Notes under the pieces: generated by a model
Told to the model about the DNA's origin: nothing
Database searches by the model: none
The model's input: only the letters and a program-made list of their open reading frames with translations
Position numbers and translations under genes: made by a program
Part shown: one piece after another, positions 38,312 to 47,052 of the stretch
Layout of the letters: every line of letters starts with the position of its first letter
How positions within the stretch are numbered: the first letter of the stretch is position 1
Sequence record: NZ_CP027239.1
DNA: 64,000 nucleotides
Source of the DNA: a plasmid
Strand: one strand, 5' to 3'

Positions 38312-39106
38312 GTGGGTACCCAAAATCAGGCCAGAAGCGCCCAGAACCCCTCCGATTACGACCCCTTCGAGCTCGTTTTCGCGCCGCGCAGACCCCTGAT
38401 GAACCCCACCTTCGACCTGAACCAGGACTCGTGGACAGGCACGGTCTACGGCTACGCCCGGGTCTCGACCGCCGACCAGTCCCTCGATCATCAGATCGAC
38501 GCCCTCCGTCAGGCCGGCTGCGAGAAGATCTACACCGAGAAAATGAGCGGCACCCGCAACGATCGCGAGCAGCTCAAGAAGCTCTGCTACGAACTCGAGC
38601 CCGGCGATACCGTGATCGTCACCCGCCTGTCCAGAGTCAGCAGATCGAGTCGCGACACCATGAAGCTCATGGACGCCTTCGCGGAAGTGGGGGTCCGGTT
38701 CCGTGCCCTCTATGAGGCGATCGACACCGCCACCAGCACAGGCAAGCTGTTCCTGACGATCTTGTCGGGGCTCGCCGAAGCTGACCGAGAGACCATTGTG
38801 GCCTCGACCAACGCCGGGCTCGCCGCGGCCCGCGCGCGTGGAAAGAAGGGCGGTCGGCCGCCGGCCATCGACACCGAGAAAGCCAAGCGCATCCTCGACT
38901 ACATCGACCGGCTCAGCCTGGACATCGGGGAGACCGCCGACATCGTCAAGGTCAGCAAGCGCACCGTGCAGCGGTTCCTGGCGGAGAAGAAGGAATCCGA
39001 CGACGCCGGCAACGACGACTTCTACAACAAGTACGGACTGTCCAAGAAGGCGATGGCCAGCGACGTCCCCACCAGCCCCGACCCCATCGCCGAGCATGTT
39101 GCCTAA
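38312..39106 (+). CDS. small serine recombinase (resolvase/invertase family)
   Basis: YGYARVSTADQ catalytic motif, conserved R/D residues, C-terminal HTH (ETADIVKVSKRTVQRFL); start uncertain (GTG 38312 with RBS aggaagg, or ATG 38399). Confidence 0.8.
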   Translation: MGTQNQARSAQNPSDYDPFELVFAPRRPLMNPTFDLNQDSWTGTVYGYARVSTADQSLDHQIDALRQAGCEKIYTEKMSGTRNDREQLKKLCYELEPGDTVIVTRLSRVSRSSRDTMKLMDAFAEVGVRFRALYEAIDTATSTGKLFLTILSGLAEADRETIVASTNAGLAAARARGKKGGRPPAIDTEKAKRILDYIDRLSLDIGETADIVKVSKRTVQRFLAEKKESDDAGNDDFYNKYGLSKKAMASDVPTSPDPIAEHVA

Positions 39107-39246
39107 CTTCGCAGGTCAACACCGGTGAAGGTGGCCCGCGGCGCCTCGGCCCGCGGGCTACTGCGGTGGTGCTGCACCCACGGCCGCCGGGGAGAGGGTG
39201 GGTTCACGCCCGGGCAGAGCGCCCGGCCACCACTTCGGGAGGACCC

Positions 39247-39825
39247 ATGGGAAACAGCACCACCATCAAGGGCGAACTGACCATCCCCACCACCGCGATC
39301 ACCGCCTGGGCAGATGCCAACGACCTCGACCCAGCCACCGTCGACGTCAAGGCCGAGCTCTACTCAGCCCTCTTCGTGCGCTGCTCCGAGAACGTCGACC
39401 CGGAGGACGCCATCCACGAGATCAAGGCCACCGACGATGAGGTGACCGTCAACCTGTACGGCGACTGGGCCAGCGGGGTGTTCGACGATCTCCTTCGCGA
39501 GCTCGCCGGCCACGGGGTACGTGGCCGCATCACGTTCCCCGAAGAGCACTGGGGGTACGACCTCGAAAACAACGCCGTGACCTGCATCGAAGCCGAACTG
39601 ATGTGGCCCGACGAGGAGGCCACGCTCATCACCGTCGACGCCCCCAGCCTGGGAACCCACCAGGCGATCTACACCCACGATCGGCCCGGCCGCCGAGGCA
39701 TGGCCACGCTGCTGGAGCGGTGGCTAGGACAGAAGTCGACTGCCTGCGACCTCGACGAAGTGCTCGCCGAACTCGTCGCCGCCGGCGCCACCGTCACCCG
39801 CACCACGGTGCCGTTCAACCCCTGA
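39247..39825 (+). CDS. hypothetical protein (192 aa), paralog of 34031..34606
   Basis: Motif 70 bp upstream; RBS gggaggac. Confidence 0.6.
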   Translation: MGNSTTIKGELTIPTTAITAWADANDLDPATVDVKAELYSALFVRCSENVDPEDAIHEIKATDDEVTVNLYGDWASGVFDDLLRELAGHGVRGRITFPEEHWGYDLENNAVTCIEAELMWPDEEATLITVDAPSLGTHQAIYTHDRPGRRGMATLLERWLGQKSTACDLDEVLAELVAAGATVTRTTVPFNP

Positions 39826-39887
39826 CCCGACGGGCGGTGCAGGCCCCGCGCCCGCCAGCACGGACCGCAGCAGAAGGAACCACCACC

Positions 39888-40145
39888 ATGTCGAACAACA
39901 CCGGCCCCACCATCTCCAACTGGCCCGCTCAGGACCTGTGGCTCGGCCAGTTCATCTACCTGGACGGATCCAGCTGGGTGCACATCGCGCAGTCCCGCGC
40001 GGCCGCGTTCGAGGCGCTGGCAGCGAAAGAAGAGCTGGAGATCCCCGCGGGGCAGACCGCGCAGCAGGTTGTGGAGGAGATGCTCGGCGAGTCCGAGACA
40101 ACCTCCTACAACGTGACGCCGGTGGACTCCACGAGCTTTGCCTGA
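39888..40145 (+). CDS. hypothetical protein (85 aa)
   Basis: RBS gaaggaacc. Confidence 0.5.
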   Translation: MSNNTGPTISNWPAQDLWLGQFIYLDGSSWVHIAQSRAAAFEALAAKEELEIPAGQTAQQVVEEMLGESETTSYNVTPVDSTSFA

Positions 40146-40252
40146 CCGTCATCGCTGCAGGTGCCCCCAGGCTTTCCCCTGGGGCACTGGTACCTGCGTT
40201 GCTGACGGCTGCCGCCGACGGAGTGGACTGCAGAGGGCCGTTTTCGCGGCGG

Positions 40253-40906
40253 CTACTGGAAGAAGACCGGTTCGCCGAGCTCGTCGGCCCAGCCCTCGGG
40301 CAGCCTCCACTCGACGCGGTTCCCATTCACCGCGTAGCCGATGATGTCGGGACCGCCATTCTCGGTGCCGACAGGGACGCTCAAAGTGGTGGCTCCCTTC
40401 GCTTTCGAGTTGGGCGGCAGATTGAGGATCTGTTTCGACCCGTCGCATGAGAAGACCAGGTCGTCGTCGAGGCTATTTACCTCGATATTCTGGATCACTT
40501 CTCCCTCGTCGTTAGCGTAGTAGAAGTCCGAGGACCACAGCCACTCTGGATATTCGTATGTGCCCACCTCGACATCGGCCTCGAACTTGATTTGGCGAAT
40601 CTCGCCGGTGACCCCCTCCTCTGCGAAGTCGGGGATAGAGTCGTAGCTAACCGCTTTGCATCCGGTCGCGTCGAGACGCGAGTTGGAGATAGTAATCAGA
40701 GGGGTTCCAGTGTCGTCTGTGAGCGTGACCGGTTCACCGAGGGCGACCTCGACCGCACCGCGTTCGTTGGTTTCCTGCACCTGCTCAGCAGCGGTCTCAG
40801 CGGGGGATGCGGCAGGCTCAAAGCCACCGTCGTCGTCGTTGCTGCACCCCGCCAAGGTGAGCGCGGATATGGTGAACGCCACTGCGGGAAATAGGCTTCG
40901 TTTCAT
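40253..40906 (-). CDS. secreted lipoprotein
   Basis: MKRSLFPAVAFTISALTLAGCS signal peptide with lipobox; acidic mature domain. Confidence 0.6.
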   Translation of the reverse strand: MKRSLFPAVAFTISALTLAGCSNDDDGGFEPAASPAETAAEQVQETNERGAVEVALGEPVTLTDDTGTPLITISNSRLDATGCKAVSYDSIPDFAEEGVTGEIRQIKFEADVEVGTYEYPEWLWSSDFYYANDEGEVIQNIEVNSLDDDLVFSCDGSKQILNLPPNSKAKGATTLSVPVGTENGGPDIIGYAVNGNRVEWRLPEGWADELGEPVFFQ

Positions 40907-41082
40907 GCCGCTCAGAGTACGGTAGCGCTCTCACTTAGGTGCACAGTAGCGGCATTTGTCTCGGCTGGATTCAGCTACGCTCGTGTCAACCGTAAAGTGC
41001 GACTACGATTGCATTCGACCGGCCACCGACATGGAGCGCGGTTGATCCATTCCGGCGACCAGAGTCAGCATTAGGAGCGCAT

Positions 41083-41433
41083 ATGGCTGTCCGTTACGAA
41101 ACCATTTACGTCGACGATCTCGATGGCGCCGAAATAGAAGGCGGCCGGGCTGAAACGATCGAGTTCGCCTTCGACGGCAAGACCTACACAATCGACCTCG
41201 ACGAACAGAACGCCGCCGCGTTCCGTGAGGCCATTCAGCCGTACCTCTCGGCGGCCCGCCCGGCGGACAACGGCAAGAAGCGGGCAGCCAAGACCGCCCG
41301 CCGCTCGAGCTCCTCGACCACCAAGAGCGAGACGGGGAAGATCCGCGCGTGGGCCCGAGCCAACGGCTACACCGTGTCTGACCGCGGCCGGATTCCGGCC
41401 GACATCATGGAAGCGTACCGCGCCGCCAACTAG
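41083..41433 (+). CDS. lsr2: Lsr2-like nucleoid-associated protein (xenogeneic silencer)
   Basis: ~115 aa; N-terminal oligomerisation region; basic linker; C-terminal RGRIPADIMEAY AT-hook-like DNA-binding motif typical of Lsr2. Confidence 0.75.
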   Translation: MAVRYETIYVDDLDGAEIEGGRAETIEFAFDGKTYTIDLDEQNAAAFREAIQPYLSAARPADNGKKRAAKTARRSSSSTTKSETGKIRAWARANGYTVSDRGRIPADIMEAYRAAN

Positions 41434-41479
41434 GGCGTGTCTCCCATAGCTCGGCGGTGACTCGCGAGACCGTGGCCGT

Positions 41480-41899
41480 ATGGGACAGACGAAGTCACGG
41501 TTCCGCCAGTTCACCGACCAGCAGTGGGAGCGGATCGAGCCCCTGCTGCCCTCGAATGCAGGGCGGCAGGGGCATCCGTTTCGAGACAACCGCAAGATCG
41601 TCGAGGCGATCATCTACCGCTACCGAGCAGGGATCCCGTGGCGGGATCTGCCCCGCGACGAATACGGGGCGTGGCAGACGGTGTGGAAGCGCCACGCCCG
41701 CTACGCACGGGACGGGACCTGGGATCGTATCTTGCACGTGATCCTGGCCGATGCCGATGCGGCCGGAAAGATCGACTGGAACGTTTCGGTTGATGCGACG
41801 ATCTGCCGTGCTCATCAGCACGGCACGAACACCACCCGCCCTGATCAGGACACAGGGGGCCAGGTCGAATCACAAGAACCGATCCTTCCGGGACTGTGA
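41480..41899 (+). CDS. IS5-family transposase orfA (N-terminal DNA-binding part)
   Basis: QQWERIEPLLP...GRQGHPFRDNRKIVEAIIYRYRAGIPWRDLP matches the N-terminal region of IS5/IS427/IS1031 transposases. Confidence 0.75.
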   Translation: MGQTKSRFRQFTDQQWERIEPLLPSNAGRQGHPFRDNRKIVEAIIYRYRAGIPWRDLPRDEYGAWQTVWKRHARYARDGTWDRILHVILADADAAGKIDWNVSVDATICRAHQHGTNTTRPDQDTGGQVESQEPILPGL

Positions 41900-42336
41900 A
41901 CCCGCAGGTCGCGAATGTGGTCACCGGCGGGCAGCGCAATGATGGTGCGATGCTCGCTGAAGTACTGGCCGACATCCATGTACCGCGCCTTGGCCGTGGC
42001 CGGCCTCGCACCCGCCCGGACGCGGTGATCGCAGACAAGGCGTACTCGTCCGGCACGATCCGCCGCCAGCTCCGCAGTCGCGGTATCGCCGCCGTGATCC
42101 CAGAGAAGAGTGACACCATTGACGCCCGCGCCCGGCGGGGAAGACGCGGCGGCCGGCCGCCGAAACTCGACGTTGACCTCTACAGAGGGCGAAACGTCGT
42201 TGAGCGCTCCTTCGCTCTGGCCAAGCAGTGGCGCGCCCTGGCCACCCGCTACGACAAACTCGCGATCACCTACCGCGCCGCCGTCACCCTCTGCGCCATC
42301 CTGACCTGGCTACGCCATTTAGGAGAGACGCCCTAG
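41896..42336 (+). CDS. IS5-family transposase orfB (DDE catalytic part; expressed by programmed frameshift from orfA)
   Basis: VIADKAYSS...RGIAAVIP...RNVVERSFALAKQWRALATRYDK = DDE_Tnp_1 C-terminal signature. Confidence 0.7.
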   Translation: MNPQVANVVTGGQRNDGAMLAEVLADIHVPRLGRGRPRTRPDAVIADKAYSSGTIRRQLRSRGIAAVIPEKSDTIDARARRGRRGGRPPKLDVDLYRGRNVVERSFALAKQWRALATRYDKLAITYRAAVTLCAILTWLRHLGETP

Positions 42337-42938
42337 CTTCTCGCCAGGGCGCGGACCCACTGTGAGGTCTGTGACGGATGCGTCAGATGGACAACGTGTA
42401 GCCCGGGAAACCGGCCCTCCAACGTCGGTATCACTGGCTTGAGCTTCTTCCGCGTGTGCCAGCCCCATCGCAGAATGTGGTCCTCGTCGATGAGGGTTTT
42501 CCATAGCGGCGGCTCGTAGTTCCCGTTCCAAAGTTGCTCGCGCTGCAAGCGTCGGCGGACCGTCCGACGGATGAGGCGGGCCATCTGGATCCTTGTCGGG
42601 TAGTCCAGCCACAGGATGGTGTCAGCTCGGGAGACGATAAGGGGCCGCGCTTCGCGGTACTGCAATTCAACAACCCAGCAAGGTGTCGAGATCAAGTCCT
42701 CTACGTCTTCGAGAAAAGTCTCTCGCCGGGTCCAGTTTGGGCCGTGGTAGAGACTGTCCAACTCGACGCGCTCGCAACGCAGGACTTCTGCCAGCTCATC
42801 GCACAAGGTCGTCTTTCCCGAGCCAGAGACTCCAGCTACCGCGATGCGCTTAGGCCCCCAGGTGATCCTGTCATCAGCGTTGAGCACTGTCCTATTATCC
42901 GCACTTCGCATAGAAGCAGGACCCGGGCTCCCCCACAC
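42333..42938 (-). CDS. P-loop NTPase / small nucleotide-kinase-like protein
   Basis: Walker A GVSGSGKTT near N-terminus, ~190 aa, adenylate-kinase-like size; bracketed by IS inverted-repeat copies. Confidence 0.55.
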   Translation of the reverse strand: MWGSPGPASMRSADNRTVLNADDRITWGPKRIAVAGVSGSGKTTLCDELAEVLRCERVELDSLYHGPNWTRRETFLEDVEDLISTPCWVVELQYREARPLIVSRADTILWLDYPTRIQMARLIRRTVRRRLQREQLWNGNYEPPLWKTLIDEDHILRWGWHTRKKLKPVIPTLEGRFPGLHVVHLTHPSQTSQWVRALARS

Positions 42939-42974
42939 CCACTTACTCGCCCCATCCAGTGGGTCACCGATTAG

Positions 42975-42996
42975 CTATAGGAGACACGCCCTAGCC
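42975..42996 (-). repeat. third copy of the IS terminal inverted repeat (21/22 match to left IR, opposite orientation)
   Basis: ctataggagacacgccctag = reverse complement of ctagggcgtgtctcccatag. Confidence 0.75.
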
Positions 42997-43172
42997 GCCG
43001 AGGCACCGCCAGGGCCCGGCTCCGAAGAACGTTTTCGGGGCCGGGCCCTTTCGCGTCCACGGCGCACGAGCCGGGCGGGTGGCTGTCGGCAGCGAACTGC
43101 TGCACCTAGATGGGGCGGCAGCACAGTAAGGGCATGCCAGTCGCACCGCACACCAGCACGGAGGAGCACGCC

Positions 43173-43490
43173 ATGGACACCATCACCGACACCCGCACCT
43201 TCACCTTCGAGGGCACACCCATCAACCCCGAGCACCCCGACTTCGGTGGCGCCCCGGCGTTCACCTCCGCCACCGGCCTGGACGAGGTTCGCTCTCGCAT
43301 CGACACCGTCTTCGAGGGCAAGGCGCTGCCGTGGCGCCAGGTACTCTCCCTGGCTGGCACCTACGGAGTGGTGTACCTGCCCGACGACGTGCGCGGCACT
43401 CTCGCCGGGATCGCCGACCGTCTCGCTGTCGGTGCAGGCGTCGCGGTGCACGACGCTGACGAGGTCGTGACCATGACCCGTACCGCCTGA
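43173..43490 (+). CDS. hypothetical protein (105 aa)
   Basis: Motif 68 bp upstream; RBS ggaggagcac. Confidence 0.5.
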   Translation: MDTITDTRTFTFEGTPINPEHPDFGGAPAFTSATGLDEVRSRIDTVFEGKALPWRQVLSLAGTYGVVYLPDDVRGTLAGIADRLAVGAGVAVHDADEVVTMTRTA

Positions 43491-43558
43491 ACTGCGCCTA
43501 TCCGCAGAGAGGCCCGCAGCGCAGAACGTGCCGCGGGCTTCGTCATCGCGGGATGGCC

Positions 43559-43879
43559 CTAGTCGTGGCGGGCCCCCATGAGGTGCAGGATCTGGTGCAC
43601 GGTGTCGTCGGCGAGGCTGTAGCGCTGGCCGCGACCGTCGTGGGGGTCTTTGTCCGCGCGTACCCACCCCTGGTCGCGGAGGACTCGTAGGGCCTGGGAG
43701 GCGGCGTTGCGGGTGATGCCGGCGGCGCTTGCGAGCTCGGTGACGGTGGCGACTCCCGGGCCCGCGTCGTGCATGTGCGCCAGCAGGGCCAGTCGGGTGG
43801 GGTGGCCGAGAAGATCGAACCGGTCCGCCCACTCAGGCAGGTCGAGCTCCTGGCGGGTGTGAACGTGGGCGTGAGTCAT
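43559..43879 (-). CDS. ArsR/SmtB-family transcriptional regulator (probable metal sensor)
   Basis: HTH LGHPTRLALLAHMHD...ATVTELASAAGITRNAASQALRVLRDQGWV; RBS gaaggag; divergent from the ABC-transporter operon. Confidence 0.7.
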   Translation of the reverse strand: MTHAHVHTRQELDLPEWADRFDLLGHPTRLALLAHMHDAGPGVATVTELASAAGITRNAASQALRVLRDQGWVRADKDPHDGRGQRYSLADDTVHQILHLMGARHD

Positions 43880-44030
43880 GGTGGGGCTCCTTCGCGGGTG
43901 CTGGCCCCAATGCTCACACGGGCCCGTATCGGTGCGGCGTCTGCCGACACGACCTACCGATACGCTCCCGGATAGGTGTCGAAACGGACACCTACATCGG
44001 AAACGAACGCCCATATAGGAGCACCCCGCG

Positions 44031-45641
44031 ATGCGGACACCCATCTCTATTGCCTGCGCAGCACTCGCCCTGCCGCTGGTCCTGTCCGGATGCACCGCCC
44101 CGGCCGGCACCGCGCCCGCTACCGACCAGCTCGTCCTGGCCACGGCCGACGACCTGGGGGAGTTCAACCCGGTTGCCGGCTACTCCTCCAACGGGGTGTC
44201 CCCGCTGTACGAGGGACTGTTGCGCCCGGCCGCGGCCGATGACACGAAGCTGCCTGCGCTGGAGCCGGCGCTCGCCGCCGAAGCGCCGCAGGTCAGCGAG
44301 GATGCCCGGACGTGGACGGCGCGGCTGCGCGAGGGGGTGCGGTTCCACGACGGCACTGACCTGGACGCCGGTGACGTGGCCGCCACCTATCGGGCGGTCC
44401 TGGACCCTGCCTCGGCATCGCCGATCGCAGACGACTACCGGCTCATCGCCCGCATCGACACCCCCGATGCGCTGACCGTGCGGTTCCACCTGGATGCCCC
44501 GAACCGCGAGTTCGCCTCTCGCCTCCTGCTGGGCATCGCGCCGAGCGAGCGCCTGGCTGGCGGCCCGGCCGCCGACTCGAGCTTGAACACTGATCCGGCC
44601 GGCACCGGCCCGTTCCAGCTCGAGCAGCTCTCGCCGACCGAGGCGGTCCTGGTCGCCAACCCTGGCTACCGGGACGGCGCCCCTGAGTTGGACCGGGTCG
44701 TGCTGCGCTCAGTTCCCGACGACAACGCCCGCGCCCAGCAGCTGCTGGCGGGGCAGGTCGACGGTGCCGCGCTGCCACCGCGCCTGGCCGACAGCGTCGA
44801 TGGCCGCGACGGGGTGACTGTGCAGTCGGTCAACTCCGCCGACTGGCGCGGGGTATCGCTGCCGGTCAATCACCCGTTTACCGGGGAGGCGGTGGCCCGG
44901 CGGGCCCTGAACATGGCCGTGGACCGAGAGGCACTGGTCGAGCAGGTGCTGTCCGGCCACGGCCAGGCGGCCACCACCCCGATCACCAGCGCCTACCCGG
45001 AGTACCACCAGGTCGCCTTCGGGCCCATGGATCCGGCCACCCGGGTCTTCGAGGCCTCCGCGCTCCTGCGGGGCGCCGGCTGGGAGCTCGACGACGAGTC
45101 CATGGTGCGGATCCGGGACGGGCAGCGCGCCGAGCTGACGGTCGCTTACCCGGTCAACGACAGCCTGCGCCGCGAGCTGGCGTCGGCGTTCGCTGACCAG
45201 GTCCGGGCCATCGGTGTCGACGTCACCCTGTGGGGCGCCTCCTGGGACGAGATCGAGGCCCGCGCCGACGAGGTCGCGATCATGCTCGGCGGGGGAGACA
45301 ACCCGTACACCGTCGACACCCAGGCCCGCCGCGCTCTGCACTCACGCACGCCCGCGTCGGGGCCGTTCGACAACCCGGGCGGATGGAGCAACCCCGGCAT
45401 CGACCAGGCTCTGGATGCCCTGACTGACCCGGCCAATACTCGCAGCCCCCGGGACCTGTACGCCCAGGTGCAGGACGAGTACCGCACCGACCCGGGCTAC
45501 GTCGTCCTGGCCACCCTGCGCCACACCTACGCCACCCGCGACACCGGCTACTCCGGGCCCGCTCCGATCCTCGAGCCGCACGCCCACGGCGTCACCTGGG
45601 GCCCGTGGTGGTCCCTGGGCCAGTGGACGGCGAACCGGTGA
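44031..45641 (+). CDS. ABC transporter substrate-binding lipoprotein, family 5 (Nik/Dpp/Opp-type)
   Basis: Lipoprotein signal (LVLSGCTAP); size and family-5 SBP blocks (...FHDGTDLDAGDVAATY...). Confidence 0.85.
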   Translation: MRTPISIACAALALPLVLSGCTAPAGTAPATDQLVLATADDLGEFNPVAGYSSNGVSPLYEGLLRPAAADDTKLPALEPALAAEAPQVSEDARTWTARLREGVRFHDGTDLDAGDVAATYRAVLDPASASPIADDYRLIARIDTPDALTVRFHLDAPNREFASRLLLGIAPSERLAGGPAADSSLNTDPAGTGPFQLEQLSPTEAVLVANPGYRDGAPELDRVVLRSVPDDNARAQQLLAGQVDGAALPPRLADSVDGRDGVTVQSVNSADWRGVSLPVNHPFTGEAVARRALNMAVDREALVEQVLSGHGQAATTPITSAYPEYHQVAFGPMDPATRVFEASALLRGAGWELDDESMVRIRDGQRAELTVAYPVNDSLRRELASAFADQVRAIGVDVTLWGASWDEIEARADEVAIMLGGGDNPYTVDTQARRALHSRTPASGPFDNPGGWSNPGIDQALDALTDPANTRSPRDLYAQVQDEYRTDPGYVVLATLRHTYATRDTGYSGPAPILEPHAHGVTWGPWWSLGQWTANR

Positions 45642-46633
45642 TCCGCCGGCTGGGGGAGCGGCGCCGCGATCTGCTGACGTTGACCGCGCGGCGGGCCGCG
45701 ATCGCGCCGCTGATCATGGGCATGGTGACCGCGGCGGCGTTCGCCCTGGCCGCGGTGTCGCCGCTGGACCCACTGGCCGCCTACCTGGGCGACAGCTACC
45801 AGTTCGCCGGAGCGGAGACCCGCGACGCGGCCGCGAAGGCGCTGGGCGCGGACGCCTCGTGGTGGCAGGCATGGTGGCACTGGCTTGTCGGGACGGCCAG
45901 CGGGGATGCAGGCTTCTCGCACACCTACCGGCAGCCGGTGGTCACGGTGCTGGCCGAGCGACTGCCGTGGACGCTGCTGCTGTCCGCGGCCGGGCTCGGG
46001 GCGGCGTTGCTGCTCGCGGTGGCCGGCGGGCTGGTCGCTGCGCTGCGGCCGGGTGGGGTCGTGGACCGGGCGGTGGCCAGGCTGGCGGTGTTGGCCTCGA
46101 CGGTGCCGACGTTCGTGATGGCGTTGGTGGTGGTGGCGGTGTTCGCGGTGACCTGGCAGGTGGTGCCGGTGTCGGGGGCGTGGGCGCCCGGTGCGGCGCC
46201 GACGGTGGTTTCGACCGCGACGCACCTGGTGCTGCCGGCGCTGGTTCTGGCCGTCTCGCAGCTGCCGTGGATGCTGCTGACCACCCGGCAAGCAGTGTTG
46301 AAGGCTGTGGAGTCCGCGCCGGTGTGCCACGCCCGCGCCCGCGGCTTGAGCCGATGGCGAGTGCTGGTCGGGCATATCGGCCCGGTGTCGTGGACCCCGT
46401 TGATCGCGCTGGTCGGCGCCCGACTGCCGGAGGTGATCGTGGGCGCCCTGGTCGTGGAGGAGGTATTCGCCTGGCCCGGCCTGGCAGAGGCCACCGTCGA
46501 CGCCGCCCTGGGCGCCGACCTGCCGCTACTCGCGGCGGTCACCGCCCTGTCCGCCGCGGCAATCATCGCAGGCACCTGGCTCGCCGACTGCGCCCTGATG
46601 CTGGCTGACCCGAGAGTGAGGGTCCATGCCTAA
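45638..46633 (+). CDS. ABC transporter permease (NikB/DppB-type)
   Basis: GTGA overlap with SBP stop; multiple TM helices; typical permease cytoplasmic loop. Confidence 0.8.
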   Translation: MIRRLGERRRDLLTLTARRAAIAPLIMGMVTAAAFALAAVSPLDPLAAYLGDSYQFAGAETRDAAAKALGADASWWQAWWHWLVGTASGDAGFSHTYRQPVVTVLAERLPWTLLLSAAGLGAALLLAVAGGLVAALRPGGVVDRAVARLAVLASTVPTFVMALVVVAVFAVTWQVVPVSGAWAPGAAPTVVSTATHLVLPALVLAVSQLPWMLLTTRQAVLKAVESAPVCHARARGLSRWRVLVGHIGPVSWTPLIALVGARLPEVIVGALVVEEVFAWPGLAEATVDAALGADLPLLAAVTALSAAAIIAGTWLADCALMLADPRVRVHA

Positions 46634-46739
46634 CCGCGACCTTCGGGCTGCTGCACCTCAGTCGGCCGGCGTGACCGTGGGACCACTGACCACCGCGGCG
46701 GGCACGCCACGTCAGGCCGCCCACCGAAAGGAACACTCG

Positions 46740-47018
46740 ATGACGCTCACAGAGCAGCTGGACCAGATCGACGCGCAGATCGCAGGATTCACGGACTTCG
46801 GCGGCGACGCGACTCGCGCCCTGAACGCGGTAGGGGCGCCCCAGCTGGTGGCCGCGATCCGGGCCGTGGCGACCACCATCGGCCCCCACTATGACGCCGA
46901 GGTGCGGCGCAACGCCAAGTTCGGACGCACCGGCAGTGACTGCGTGTGCGAGACGTGCCGAGCGATACGCGGCATGGTCGACGCCCTCAGCTCCGGGGAG
47001 CACCATGCGCAGCTCTGA
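46740..47018 (+). CDS. hypothetical protein (92 aa)
   Basis: Motif 84 bp upstream; RBS gaaaggaaca. Confidence 0.45.
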   Translation: MTLTEQLDQIDAQIAGFTDFGGDATRALNAVGAPQLVAAIRAVATTIGPHYDAEVRRNAKFGRTGSDCVCETCRAIRGMVDALSSGEHHAQL

Positions 47019-47052
47019 CGATCTTGACCCAGCGACGCAGGGAGAACCGACG

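Larger units (their letters stand above)
41430..42337 (+). mobile_element. IS5-family (IS427-group-like) insertion sequence with two-ORF frameshifted transposase
   Basis: Terminal inverted repeats ctagggcgtgtctccc (left) / ggagagacgccctag (right); DDE_Tnp_1-type ORFs; CTAG at both junctions. Confidence 0.75.
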
